48,369 bases of DNA from an uncultured Candidatus Nitrosopelagicus sp. (GCA_937896695.1 CALBOT010000096.1:1-48369); one strand, 5' to 3'. Shown: positions 7,980-18,246, counted from the first letter of the stretch. The notes: generated from the letters alone by a model not told the origin. A program made the numbers and translations.

Positions 7980-8252
7980 TTGAACATACAAGTAATTAAT
8001 TCAGATGCAAAAGAAGCCAGCCTAGCAATCAAAGACGCTGATATTGGTGCTCTTTACATTATTCAACACGAGTTACTAAAAGACAAGAATACAGATTTTG
8101 CAGGTGTAATTATCAAACATCCATTAACCAATGAAATCTGGATGAGAGTTAACTCAAAATCAAAACCAATTAATCAAATTTCAGCAGCAGCAGACACTGC
8201 CATTTCAGAAGTAGCAAATTTACAAAAACTCATCAATTCAAAAATAAAGTGA
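7980..8252 (+). CDS. rpoL: DNA-directed RNA polymerase subunit L (Rpo11)
   Basis: Likely TTG start at 7980. LLKDKNTDFAGVIIKHPL motif; conserved position before tfs and pcn. Confidence 0.85.
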   Translation: MNIQVINSDAKEASLAIKDADIGALYIIQHELLKDKNTDFAGVIIKHPLTNEIWMRVNSKSKPINQISAAADTAISEVANLQKLINSKIK

Positions 8253-8261
8253 TTTTAACAG

Positions 8262-8585
8262 ATGAAGTTCTGTCCTACCTGTGATGTCAGGCTCAAAAAA
8301 GATTCCACTACTTCAATCCTAACTTGTCCAAAATGTGATTACACAGAAGGCGGACCAAAAATAGAAAAACAATCTGTTTCACAGGAAACAGAATCTGATT
8401 TTCTTGTATTGGATGAAAATGAGGGAAAAGATGTGTTGCCAACAATGGAAATTGAATGTGAAAATAAAGACTGTGATCATAATGAAGCCGTATGGTGGAT
8501 GCTTCAGACAAGAAGTGCTGATGAACCAACAACTCAATTCTTTAGATGTACAAAATGCCAACACACTTGGCGAAACTACGCATAA
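8262..8585 (+). CDS. tfs: Transcription factor S (TFS)
   Basis: MKFCPTC...CPKC N-terminal Zn ribbon; QTRSADEPTTQFFRCTKCQHTWR with the catalytic DE pair. Confidence 0.95.
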   Translation: MKFCPTCDVRLKKDSTTSILTCPKCDYTEGGPKIEKQSVSQETESDFLVLDENEGKDVLPTMEIECENKDCDHNEAVWWMLQTRSADEPTTQFFRCTKCQHTWRNYA

Positions 8586-8619
8586 GGTTTAACTTTAGCA
8601 TTCACATCAAAAAAATGAT

Positions 8620-9366
8620 TTGGTTTTTTCAGCTAAAACAAATGGAGCAGAAGAATGGAAAGCAATAATTTCTGCAATTTCTACACTTGTGGAAGAAGCA
8701 ACTTTTGAGGCAACCGTTGAAGGAATTTCCTTTAGAGGCATGGATCCATCTCATGTAGCACTAATTGATATTAACTGGCCAAATTCTGCATTTGAAAAAT
8801 ACAATTGTGATAGTGATATAAAATTTGGAGTTCGTATTGATGAATTTTCAAAATTAATTAAAAGATCTGACAAAAGTAATTCAATTGAAATTAACATATC
8901 TGATGATAACATGCTTCTAGTCACGATAGGCAAGAACAAAAAATACAAAATGAGATTAATTGAAAGCTCTGCATCTGATACTCCACTTCCAAAAATTGAT
9001 TATGATGCAAAAATATCTCTAACCTCTTCTGCATTGGATAAAATTCTAGGTGATGTACAAGTAGTTTCTGACTATCTCACTATCACATCAAGCGAATCCT
9101 CTGCAACATTTTCAGGCAAGGGTGACTCTGGAGAAGTTGATATTGCATTAGAAACAGATCAGGAAGAAATTCAAGAATTAACAGTAAAACAAGAAAGTAC
9201 TGGAACATACAGCCTCGAATATCTAAATCCAATTATCAAAGCAGTGGGTGGAAGTGTTGAAGCAGTTACATGTGAGTATTCTTCGGCAAAACCTCTAAGA
9301 GTTGAATTCAAAGTTTCAAATTTAGGCCAAATTCATTTCTATTTAGCTCCTCGTGTTGAGAGTTAA
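8620..9366 (+). CDS. pcn: PCNA sliding clamp
   Basis: RGMDPSHVALID, YSLEYL and C-terminal FYLAPRVE. Confidence 0.97.
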   Translation: MVFSAKTNGAEEWKAIISAISTLVEEATFEATVEGISFRGMDPSHVALIDINWPNSAFEKYNCDSDIKFGVRIDEFSKLIKRSDKSNSIEINISDDNMLLVTIGKNKKYKMRLIESSASDTPLPKIDYDAKISLTSSALDKILGDVQVVSDYLTITSSESSATFSGKGDSGEVDIALETDQEEIQELTVKQESTGTYSLEYLNPIIKAVGGSVEAVTCEYSSAKPLRVEFKVSNLGQIHFYLAPRVES

Positions 9367-9401
9367 AGAATTTTAAGACCATTTGTTCAGGTGAAACAGA
9401 T

Positions 9402-10802
9402 TTGAAATTAGTAGTAAAGTTTGGTGGAACATCACTAGCAACCGTGAAGGAGATCAAAAATGTAGTGAAAACTGTAGATAAAATTGCAAAAAAGAACAAA
9501 ACCGTAGTTGTATGTTCAGCTGTTGATGGAATAACTGACGAATTAATCCAAATATCATCATTTGTGGAAAAAGGAAATAAAAAAGACGCAAATAGAATGC
9601 TTGCAAAAATATCTCAAAAACATAAACAATTTGCTGATCATCTAATTACAAATCCAAAAATTTCACAATCACTTTCTAACAAACTAAATTCTGATTTATC
9701 AGAGTTAGAAGAACTAGTTAATGGATTAATTCTACTAGGAGAAGTAACACCCCGTTCATATGATTACCTAATTTCTTTTGGTGAAAGATTGTCAATTGAT
9801 TTGGTATCGTTTTCGTTACAAGAACTGAAAAACAAATCTTTACCATTGAGTGGTAAGGAGGCAGGAATAGTTACTGATTCTAATTTTGGTGATTCAAGAC
9901 CTTTAATGGATACAACAAAAATCCGTCTCTCAAAAACAATTAATGAACATTTGAAAAAAAATGTCATTCCTGTTGTAGCTGGATTTGCCGGTGCTGATCA
10001 ACATGATCATACCACTACATTTGGTCGTGGTGGTTCTGATTATACTGCAACAATAATTGCGTCGTGCATTGATGCAGATGAAATATGGCTTATGAGTGAT
10101 GTTGAAGGAATGATGACTGCAGATCCAAAATTAATAAAAAATGCAAAACTTCTCAAACAAGTTTCATATTCTGAAGCAATTGAGATGGCTAGATTTGGTG
10201 CAAAACAAATCCATCCACGAACATTTGAGCCATTACTATCAAAAAAGATTCCAATGAGAATTAGAAGTAGTTTTGATGTAAATAATCAAGGAACTCTTGT
10301 TACATTACCTCATTCAAAATCTAAAGATCCTGTAAAGTGTGTGGCTGCAATTAGAAAAGTTGGATTGCTTGATCTAACTGGTGGTATATTGTTTGCAGGA
10401 CCAGGAGCTGCTGCAAAAATATTTTCAGTTCTTGCTAAAGACAATATCAACGCAATGATGGTATCATCAAATCCTTCTGAATCAAGCATAACAATTGTTG
10501 TGAAAAAAGAGGATCTTCACAGGGCAGAAAATATTTTAGAGATTAATCTACTTGGTACAACTCTTAAAAAAATTGAAACAATTCCAAATGTTGCTATAAT
10601 TGCAGTAATTGGTTCTGGAATGAGAGGTAAAGTTGGAATAGCATCTAGAGTATTTCTTGCAGCACAGAAATCAAACTCTAATGTAATGATGATTGCACAA
10701 GGCTCCTCAGAACTAAACTTGGCATTTGTTGTAAAGGATAATGATTGCAAGGCAGTTGTAACATCATTACACAATGAATTCAAATTAAATTCTATAAAGT
10801 AA
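9402..10802 (+). CDS. lysC: Aspartate kinase
   Basis: KFGGTS, GRGGSDYTA, ADP, GAKQIHP and two C-terminal ACT domains. Confidence 0.95.
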   Translation: MKLVVKFGGTSLATVKEIKNVVKTVDKIAKKNKTVVVCSAVDGITDELIQISSFVEKGNKKDANRMLAKISQKHKQFADHLITNPKISQSLSNKLNSDLSELEELVNGLILLGEVTPRSYDYLISFGERLSIDLVSFSLQELKNKSLPLSGKEAGIVTDSNFGDSRPLMDTTKIRLSKTINEHLKKNVIPVVAGFAGADQHDHTTTFGRGGSDYTATIIASCIDADEIWLMSDVEGMMTADPKLIKNAKLLKQVSYSEAIEMARFGAKQIHPRTFEPLLSKKIPMRIRSSFDVNNQGTLVTLPHSKSKDPVKCVAAIRKVGLLDLTGGILFAGPGAAAKIFSVLAKDNINAMMVSSNPSESSITIVVKKEDLHRAENILEINLLGTTLKKIETIPNVAIIAVIGSGMRGKVGIASRVFLAAQKSNSNVMMIAQGSSELNLAFVVKDNDCKAVVTSLHNEFKLNSIK

Positions 10803-10838
10803 GATAGGGATAAATTATTCAAACAACCTTCATCTTTC

Positions 10839-11624
10839 ATGGAAGGTAAACTGTACATTGTTGGAGTAGGTCCGGGCCATCACGATCATATGACATTTCG
10901 AGCAAAACAAGTTATTGAGGAAAGCGATACTATTATCGGTTATACAACCTATGTGAATTTAGTAGAAGATCTGATTCAAGGAAAAGAAATTCACAGCTAT
11001 GCAATGACTCAAGAAGTAGAACGTGCACACCAATGCATAGATTTGGCTAAAGAGGGAAAAATTGTATCACTTGTTTCAAGTGGTGATCCTGGAATTTATG
11101 GAATGGCTGGATTAATTTTTGAAGTACTTGCAGAATCTGGTTGGGATCCAAAAAGTGGTTTACATGTAGAATTAATTCCTGGAGTTTCTGCATTGAATTC
11201 TTGTGCAAGTATTATTGGTTCTCCATTAATGACAGACTTTGCTGTATGTAGCATGAGTGATCTTATGGTTCCATGGGAAATTATCGTAAAAAGGGTAGAG
11301 GCTGCAGCTCAAGGTGATTTTGTTTTAGTCATTTACAATCCTGCAAGTAAGAAAAGAGTTCACCAATTACAAGATACGCGACAGATATTATTAAAATATA
11401 GAAAACCAACTACACCTGTTGCAATAATTAAGGGAGCATATAGAGAATCTGAAGCTGTAATTATTACCGATCTAGAACACATGGAAAACTATTCTGAGCA
11501 GTTAGGAATGACTAGCACTGTCATTGTTGGCAATTCATCTACATACAACTTTAAGGATTTAATCATTAACCCTCGTGGTTACAAATCAAAGTATAATCTT
11601 GAAGAACCAGAAATTAAAAACTAG
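10839..11624 (+). CDS. cobJ: Precorrin-3B C17-methyltransferase
   Basis: VGVGPG, SSGDPGIYGMAG, DFVLVIYNP and NPRGY. Confidence 0.95.
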   Translation: MEGKLYIVGVGPGHHDHMTFRAKQVIEESDTIIGYTTYVNLVEDLIQGKEIHSYAMTQEVERAHQCIDLAKEGKIVSLVSSGDPGIYGMAGLIFEVLAESGWDPKSGLHVELIPGVSALNSCASIIGSPLMTDFAVCSMSDLMVPWEIIVKRVEAAAQGDFVLVIYNPASKKRVHQLQDTRQILLKYRKPTTPVAIIKGAYRESEAVIITDLEHMENYSEQLGMTSTVIVGNSSTYNFKDLIINPRGYKSKYNLEEPEIKN

Positions 11625-12667
11625 TGACTATTTTTAATTAATTCAAATAGTTCATCACTTAATGAAATTTTATCTCTAATGGGCGCAATTATTTTTACCA
11701 TGTATTCTCCTACTGTATTTTTCAAATCACCTGGGTGTAAATTCTTTTGAGCAAAATCCATCTCTAACTCTTCATACGAGTTGTATGTTACATTTCCTCC
11801 AAATTTTTCGGGTCTTTCTATTGAAATTGAATCATATTCATGAAATACAACTTGTCTTGCAATTTCTAAAACAGGATTATTTTCTACTAGTCCCTCTTCG
11901 CACCAACCTTTTCTAATCTTCTTTCTAATTTCATCATCAGAATTATGTATGAAAATACCAGAGTTTGGATCTGATTTGCTCATTTTTCCTGGTTCTGTTG
12001 TAGAATCACCTTTTGGTTGTGTTAATCCTGGTAACAATGAATGATGTACGGCAACAGGAACCTTCCATTTCATTTTTGGAAATATTTCTCGTACCAGCAT
12101 GTGGATTTTTCGTTGGTCCATTCCTGCGTGAACAATATCCAAATCCAAAGAATGAATATCCGCTGCCTGCATTGGTGGATAAAGTAATTTTGCTAAATCA
12201 ATTTTCTCCTCATTTTCTGATCTTCCCATAATTGTTAGAGTTCGCATTGTTCTTGCAAGAGTCATGTGTTTTGTAAATTTCACCAGTTCTGACCAGTATT
12301 CTTTTTTAGAATCATAAAGTTCTGTACCCATTACAATGTTTACGCCTGGACAAACTAATCGAAATGCATCTGCATAATACTTTGAAACTTTAGAAATTGT
12401 TTCAAGATTTCCACCAAGTTTATCGTTAATCAAAGTATGCCAGTCTGCTAAAAATACGGTACAATCAATTCCTGCTTTCATAAAATCATTTATTTTAAAA
12501 CCTGTACTGATTAAACTTCCAAGATGTAAAAATCCAGATATTTCTAATCCTATGTAGTGTTTTGGCTTTGAATTTGTGTTTAAAAGTTCAATTAACTCTG
12601 CTTCATCTTTTACTATTTCTTTTGTAGGAGGTCTTTTAATTAACTCAACTTTTTCCGTAACATCCAT
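11621..12667 (-). CDS. tyrS: Tyrosine--tRNA ligase (archaeal type)
   Basis: YIGLEISGFLHLG, LADWH, YPPMQAADI, GMDQRK and KMSKS. Confidence 0.95.
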   Translation of the reverse strand: MDVTEKVELIKRPPTKEIVKDEAELIELLNTNSKPKHYIGLEISGFLHLGSLISTGFKINDFMKAGIDCTVFLADWHTLINDKLGGNLETISKVSKYYADAFRLVCPGVNIVMGTELYDSKKEYWSELVKFTKHMTLARTMRTLTIMGRSENEEKIDLAKLLYPPMQAADIHSLDLDIVHAGMDQRKIHMLVREIFPKMKWKVPVAVHHSLLPGLTQPKGDSTTEPGKMSKSDPNSGIFIHNSDDEIRKKIRKGWCEEGLVENNPVLEIARQVVFHEYDSISIERPEKFGGNVTYNSYEELEMDFAQKNLHPGDLKNTVGEYMVKIIAPIRDKISLSDELFELIKNSH

Positions 12668-12744
12668 TTTAAGAAATTCTTCTTTTGTTTATCTATAAAG
12701 TCTTGTATTAATTTTTGAAAGTAACAGTAGTATTTTTTTACACG

Positions 12745-13239
12745 CTAAAAATTCAGCATCTCAATTGTATTTTCTGAAAGCTTGGACATTGTTTCTGGGT
12801 AATATTCCTTAACTATTCCCTCAATTTCTTGTGGGTTTTTTAGTGAATATTTGTTTGATGGAATGTCGTATTTTTTCTCCACTATTTTTTCTCTGAATAA
12901 TTCGTTTAGATTAACAGATATTACTGAAGGTGATTTGTTTACAAATTCTCTAATTTCTTGTGATGTTGCTATCTTTTTCTTCATTAAGAATAAAATCATC
13001 TTTTTGTGGCTACTCATTGTTAGATATTTGCATATTGTAGCCTCTTTTTTTGATATTCCTTTAGGATATAGACGTGTAACTCGTGGCGTTCTTTCTAATG
13101 TAATGTTTTTTTCATCTTCCAGTTTTTTTACATAATGACTTAATGTTCCATTTCTAATGTTTGATATTCTCATAATTTCGTTGAACCTTATACCTGGATT
13201 CTTTTGTACAATTTCCAAAACTGTTTCTTTTCTATCCAA
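12745..13239 (-). CDS. Double winged-helix transcriptional regulator
   Basis: NPGIRFNEIMR..NGTLSHYVKKLE and a second HTH (SQEIREFVNKSPSVISVNLNEL). Confidence 0.85.
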   Translation of the reverse strand: MDRKETVLEIVQKNPGIRFNEIMRISNIRNGTLSHYVKKLEDEKNITLERTPRVTRLYPKGISKKEATICKYLTMSSHKKMILFLMKKKIATSQEIREFVNKSPSVISVNLNELFREKIVEKKYDIPSNKYSLKNPQEIEGIVKEYYPETMSKLSENTIEMLNF

Positions 13240-13356
13240 TTTCTTTGCTAATTGAAAATATTTTTTTCATTATTTATTTTTTAGCAAATAGTGATGTTAC
13301 AAAACGCTAGTACATACTTTGAAAACAAGAAATGTATTTATAATTTTTTTAGATAA

Positions 13357-13740
13357 TTATTTCTTATAAAAAACTCCAATTGCAAAAAGTACTGTCATTA
13401 CTAAAATAGACATATCTAAAATTTCTGAACCGCTGTACATATTTTCAGGTTGATGCATTTCTATCATTGAATACATGTAAGCTACTTGTCCAAATGCCAA
13501 TACACCAAACGCAAATGATGAAAATAGCATTCTTCTAATCTTTGATTTTAAGTAAGAAATTAACGCCATTACAGTTAGAAATGTTGCCAACACAAATCCT
13601 GCTTGATGAACTATTGTATGGAATAAATGATCCATATGAAAAATATGACTTGAAATCAGTGGTACTGATAAAAATCCCGCACTAATAACAACTGTAATTA
13701 AAAACAGCGAATATTTTTTCTCCCCAAAAACATATGTCAT
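13357..13740 (-). CDS. His-rich 4-TM membrane protein
   Basis: Four hydrophobic segments; SHIFHMDHLFHTIVH loop. Confidence 0.75.
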   Translation of the reverse strand: MTYVFGEKKYSLFLITVVISAGFLSVPLISSHIFHMDHLFHTIVHQAGFVLATFLTVMALISYLKSKIRRMLFSSFAFGVLAFGQVAYMYSMIEMHQPENMYSGSEILDMSILVMTVLFAIGVFYKK

Positions 13741-13792
13741 AAATTTATGAACATAATTGAATATTTAACGGAGATTGAAATTTTGTTTCTAA

Positions 13793-14368
13793 TTATTCAT
13801 CAGGTATGGTTTCTTCTTTCGATTTTCGAGGTCTTGTACTTAGATAAAACGCATGTGCACTAATCAAAAATCCTACAAGCCAAATTTTTGTTGCAAATAT
13901 TAGATTCCATGGTCTGTCTGGATCTGGATAATCGACTACCAATCTATCGATATCTGGGGTTGTTCCATCAACTATCATTTGTGCTGTAATTTCTGAATTC
14001 AATACAGTAAAACTCCACAAAACTTCGTACAAACAAATTACTGCAAATCCTAATAACATTAGTTGTAGCAAAGCCATTCTGTAAGATTGTAATCCTACAG
14101 TTCTCTTCCAACCAATTCTTGAAACACAATACCATGAAATTACACATGCAAAAGATAACCATGTTGTAAGACTTGCAAAGTTATCAAATGGTATGTGTGT
14201 ATTTACCAAAACTTCTCCCATTACATAATATCCAGTTTCTTGCCATTCTTGCATCATCATGACCACGCCGTAAATCATGATTGATGTCATCATTGCAGCT
14301 GCAGCATAAAATATGTACAGAAAAACTCTGTACTGCTTGTCATGTTCGTGTAGATGTCTTATCTTCAA
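13793..14368 (-). CDS. Membrane protein, hypothetical
   Basis: About 4 TM helices; YPDPDRPWNLIFATK motif. Confidence 0.8.
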   Translation of the reverse strand: MKIRHLHEHDKQYRVFLYIFYAAAAMMTSIMIYGVVMMMQEWQETGYYVMGEVLVNTHIPFDNFASLTTWLSFACVISWYCVSRIGWKRTVGLQSYRMALLQLMLLGFAVICLYEVLWSFTVLNSEITAQMIVDGTTPDIDRLVVDYPDPDRPWNLIFATKIWLVGFLISAHAFYLSTRPRKSKEETIPDE

Positions 14369-14426
14369 TTCATCGATTTTTAATGGACCTATTATAAAAT
14401 TATTTCAATCATATTGTATGATAAAT

Positions 14427-14759
14427 CTAATACCCATCTTTCTGTCGCTGTCTATTAATCTCATTTTTTCTTTCATATTCTTTCAAGATGTCGTCTGGTG
14501 ATAGATTTAGCTCCAACGATGCCTGAACAACAAAGTGCCAAATATCTATTAGCTCTTCTCGTGCCTCGGCTTCGTCAAATTCAGTTGGTGTTTTCCACCA
14601 CTTCCAGTTTGTGGTACGTTGTAGTTCGACTGCTTCATGCATTATTGCAGTGCATAATGCAGAAACTTTGCCTTCAGTATCTTTTGGATATCTATCAAGC
14701 TTCATCATGTTTGCTAAACCTTTTTGCATAGAAAAAATTGAATCCAGTCTATCTTCCAT
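14427..14759 (-). CDS. Dimeric (all-alpha) dUTPase / MazG-like NTP pyrophosphatase
   Basis: EAVEL, WKWWK, EELIDIWHF and KNEINRQRQ..GY. Confidence 0.88.
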   Translation of the reverse strand: MEDRLDSIFSMQKGLANMMKLDRYPKDTEGKVSALCTAIMHEAVELQRTTNWKWWKTPTEFDEAEAREELIDIWHFVVQASLELNLSPDDILKEYERKNEINRQRQKDGY

Positions 14760-14791
14760 AATTTATTAAAAAAAATCTTATCTATAACTCT

Positions 14792-15685
14792 TCAAAAACT
14801 AACCATCTTTTCATACTGTTTTATTCTCTTTGAGATGTCGGATTTTCTTAAAGATGTTAATCCTGCCAATCCGTACTTTTCAACAGCAAATGATCCCATA
14901 ACATTTCCATAAATGATTGATTTTTTTATTTCAGAAAAACTAGTTTTGTTTTTTGCAGCCAAATGACCAATCATTGCACCTGCAAAAGAATCTCCTGCTC
15001 CAGTAGGGTCTACGACAGATTCTAATGAAAACCCAACTGATGGAAAAATTACATCTTCATGAAATAGTAATGCACCATGTTCTCCTTTTTTGATAACTAC
15101 ATAGTTGGCGCCCCAACTCATCATTTTTTTTGCACATTTTATCAAATTGTCTTCTTTTGTGAGTAGTTTTGCCTCTTCATCATTTATCACTACGGCATCA
15201 ACTGATTTTATCATCTTAATCACAGCATTTCTTTTTGTAGCAATCCAAAACTCTATTGTATCACACATTGAAAATTTTACATTATCAAATTCTTTGATAA
15301 TTTTTGCATTTTGTTCTGGATCATTGTTTGCTAGATAAACAAATTCTGAATTTTTGTATGCATCAGGTACTTTTGGTTTGAAATCAGCTAGTACGTTTAG
15401 TTCAGTTTTGAGCGTTTCTCTAACACTCATTGTTGCATCATATTTTCCGTCATATCTAAACGTCTTTCCATTTAGAATGCTCAATCCTTTTAGATCGAGA
15501 TGATTTTTCAACACTGTGTGATATTTTTTAGGAAAGTCATTTCCAACGACAGCAATTAATCCTGGTTTTGTAAAAAAACTTGCTGAAATAGCTGCAAATG
15601 TTGCTGCACCCCCTAGTACATTTTTTAGAGTTTTTTTAGGAGTTCTAATTGTGTCTAATGCAGTAGAACCAAAAACTGTTAACAT
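14792..15685 (-). CDS. PfkB family carbohydrate/nucleoside kinase
   Basis: GGAATFAA, NDEEA, KKGEHG and DPTGAGDSFAG. Confidence 0.95.
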   Translation of the reverse strand: MLTVFGSTALDTIRTPKKTLKNVLGGAATFAAISASFFTKPGLIAVVGNDFPKKYHTVLKNHLDLKGLSILNGKTFRYDGKYDATMSVRETLKTELNVLADFKPKVPDAYKNSEFVYLANNDPEQNAKIIKEFDNVKFSMCDTIEFWIATKRNAVIKMIKSVDAVVINDEEAKLLTKEDNLIKCAKKMMSWGANYVVIKKGEHGALLFHEDVIFPSVGFSLESVVDPTGAGDSFAGAMIGHLAAKNKTSFSEIKKSIIYGNVMGSFAVEKYGLAGLTSLRKSDISKRIKQYEKMVSF

Positions 15686-15930
15686 GATTTTTTTATAGAA
15701 ATTCTGTATAAATCCCTTGTTAGTAATTGTGTGGAACTTTTTGATTATTTCTATAAGTCACTTTGAACTAGAAAAATTGCTAAAACAATTGCATACGTTA
15801 CATATAGAAAAAAATATGAATTAAACATGTGATGGAAATCAGTATGTTTCAAAAATAATATGCCTAAAAAATTAAAAATAAAGTTGTGGTTCTAGACAAT
15901 CTATACATACTTTGAAAAATAAATTCCATC

Positions 15931-16086
15931 ATGGATGAAAAACAAGAAATTCCAAAAGAAATTGATGATCACTTCAAACTTTTTGGAAAAGAACCATGGG
16001 AAATAGAATATGGTGACAAATGTCCTATATGCAATTCTAGATTTGATGAGTTTGAAGGCTGTGCTTGTGATTCAAAAGGTGATTAG
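15931..16086 (+). CDS. 51-aa acidic Cys-rich microprotein
   Basis: Not in ORF track. MDEKQEIPKEIDDHFKLFGKEPWEIEYGDKCPICNSRFDEFEGCACDSKGD has CxxC...CxC. Confidence 0.8.
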   Translation: MDEKQEIPKEIDDHFKLFGKEPWEIEYGDKCPICNSRFDEFEGCACDSKGD

Positions 16087-17273
16087 TTTTTCTTTAGTTT
16101 TAGAATAATTCCGCCAACTATTCCAGCAATAACTATTCCCGAAATGATTGCTATAGTTGTTGTATTGTCTTCGGAATTTGATGTTTGATTATTTAATTCA
16201 CCGGCAAAAGATAATTCGTCCATCTTTTCTTCATCAATTTGACTGGATTGTAAAGCTAATTCTGAAGCAGCTTTTGTTCCAGGTATTGGAAGCGCGACTC
16301 CTTTTTCTTTTTCTATTACCTCACTTTTTACTTCTCTTGATTTGATATTTTCAAGTTGTTCTAATTTTTGTTGATGTTCTTCTTGTGTAGATCCTACAAT
16401 TGAAACAGTTCCTTCTCCCACTGTTCTAAATGATAGATTGACATGTGTATTATCTTGAGAAAATTCTGTTTTTCTTATTTTATCAATTTGATCTAAATTC
16501 GTATCATCTTTTTCTGTAAAGTATACTTCATATGGATTTAGCATCAATTCCAATGGAATTTTTACTACATACAACTGATTTTTTTCTTTTACATCAAAAT
16601 TAAGTAGTTGTGATCCACCTCCAATAAATTCCATATCAGAAATTTTTCCATTTGTTAAGAAATCCACTGCAAATTTTTCATTATCAAATAAAATTTCTTT
16701 TGAAGAAAATTTCTCCATATCGAAGTATTCTAAATTCATGTTACATCCAATACAATTAATTCCCTTTGCATTACTAACATCTACTGGTCTGGAGTTGGCA
16801 AAAATTATTTCAATTTCCTCATCAATCATTACTACTATCTCTTCTCCAAATTTCAATTCTTTTGTCCACAATCCATCTTTTAATTCCATAAAATTATCTA
16901 AAGTATATTCTACAATCAAATCATAATTTCCTAATTTTTGGTTCAGAATAATATATTTTGATTCTTCAAACGTATCTTTTTCATATGCGAAGTTCAATTT
17001 ATCTCCGTCTTCATCTGTGACTGTCGGGTTTGAGTGTTCACCTGGAATTATTTCAATAATTCTAGGTCTATCCATACTCCATGCACCTGTTTCTATTACA
17101 TGTTTAACCTGTATGTTCGTGTATTTTCCAACTTCAAAAATTATTTTCTGTTGCTCAATCAGTACGCCATTTTTTTCTACTAGTAATGCGTCTAATTCAT
17201 CATTAGCAAAAACCTGAGGTGAAATTGAGACTAAAACAATTGAAAATTTTATGAATAAGAATTTCTTTTCCAA
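16083..17273 (-). CDS. Exported protein with C-terminal membrane anchor
   Basis: Likely TTG start at 17273 giving a signal peptide (..SPQVFA). C-terminal TM followed by KLKKN; internal CIGC. Confidence 0.8.
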   Translation of the reverse strand: MEKKFLFIKFSIVLVSISPQVFANDELDALLVEKNGVLIEQQKIIFEVGKYTNIQVKHVIETGAWSMDRPRIIEIIPGEHSNPTVTDEDGDKLNFAYEKDTFEESKYIILNQKLGNYDLIVEYTLDNFMELKDGLWTKELKFGEEIVVMIDEEIEIIFANSRPVDVSNAKGINCIGCNMNLEYFDMEKFSSKEILFDNEKFAVDFLTNGKISDMEFIGGGSQLLNFDVKEKNQLYVVKIPLELMLNPYEVYFTEKDDTNLDQIDKIRKTEFSQDNTHVNLSFRTVGEGTVSIVGSTQEEHQQKLEQLENIKSREVKSEVIEKEKGVALPIPGTKAASELALQSSQIDEEKMDELSFAGELNNQTSNSEDNTTTIAIISGIVIAGIVGGIILKLKKN

Positions 17274-17277
17274 GATT

Positions 17278-17760
17278 TTACTCTGAAATTGAAACTTTGA
17301 GCATCTTTGCATCTTCTAAAGGACAATCATTTTGGTCCCTATCAAGACTTACTATCTTGTCTGCAACGTCCATTCCTTCTGTTACTTCTCCAAATACTGT
17401 ATATTCTCTATCAAGAAAGGTACTGTCTTTTGTAACTATGAAAAATTGTGAACCTGCACTATCCGGATCCATTGCTCTTGCCATAGAAACAATTCCTCGT
17501 AAATGAGATCTTGAACTAAATTCAGCTTTAACATTGAATCCAGGTCCTCCCATTCCCCATTGACTTTTCATGTTTGGGTCTTTTGTATTTGGGTCTCCAC
17601 CTTGAATCATAAATCCAGGAATTACTCTATGAAATAATGTCCCATCGTAAAATCCGTCACTTGCTAATTTAACAAAACTTCTTACAGTTTCTGGTGCTAA
17701 CTCTGGTAACAAGTTAAATGAAATATTTCCGTGGTTGGTTTCTATTTTTACACTAGTCAA
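17278..17760 (-). CDS. Cyclophilin-type peptidyl-prolyl isomerase
   Basis: FHRVIPGFMIQGGDP, SMAR, GSQFFI and YTVFGEV. Confidence 0.97.
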   Translation of the reverse strand: MTSVKIETNHGNISFNLLPELAPETVRSFVKLASDGFYDGTLFHRVIPGFMIQGGDPNTKDPNMKSQWGMGGPGFNVKAEFSSRSHLRGIVSMARAMDPDSAGSQFFIVTKDSTFLDREYTVFGEVTEGMDVADKIVSLDRDQNDCPLEDAKMLKVSISE

Positions 17761-17827
17761 TGTCGCAATAACATACGATTATCATAATAATCTTTTGATC
17801 ACTAATTATTTTTTCATTGAAAACCTT

Positions 17828-17842
17828 TTATCATCGTGATAA
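17828..17842. promoter_or_regulatory. Inverted repeat TTATCA-N3-TGATAA in divergent intergenic region
   Basis: ttatcatcgtgataa, between the cyclophilin gene and the small HTH-like gene. Confidence 0.4.
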
Positions 17843-17933
17843 TTGTAAGACTTTTTTTTTTGAGAAACTACGAATGACGTTTTTGAAATTTTAACAATTG
17901 AAATTTTATATAGATCAGTATTGCACGATACTT

Positions 17934-18170
17934 GTGAATCGTACTAATCAAAGCACTGTAATCAAAGCAGCAATAAATTCTCTGCTTGATAAAGGTGTAA
18001 CAGACAAACAAGACATCTATACTAAAGTCGTTGATGAATTAGGAGTTCCAAGACCAACAGTAAGAAGAGTCGCTCGTGATTTGAGAAATGAACTATTAGA
18101 AAAAATTCAAATCTTACAGTCTGATACTAAAACCTCAACTGCTACTGTAGAAGCAACTGCAGAGCAATAA
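17934..18170 (+). CDS. Small putative helix-turn-helix protein
   Basis: Likely GTG start at 17934, ~25 nt after TTTTATAT. KQDIYTKVVDELGVPRPTVRRVARDLR is HTH-like. Confidence 0.75.
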   Translation: MNRTNQSTVIKAAINSLLDKGVTDKQDIYTKVVDELGVPRPTVRRVARDLRNELLEKIQILQSDTKTSTATVEATAEQ

Positions 18171-18246
18171 TTCCCCTTTTCTATATCGATCTAATTCTTA
18201 AAATCTACCATTAACGTTATATTTTGGAGATTTTTCTTGTTCAACA

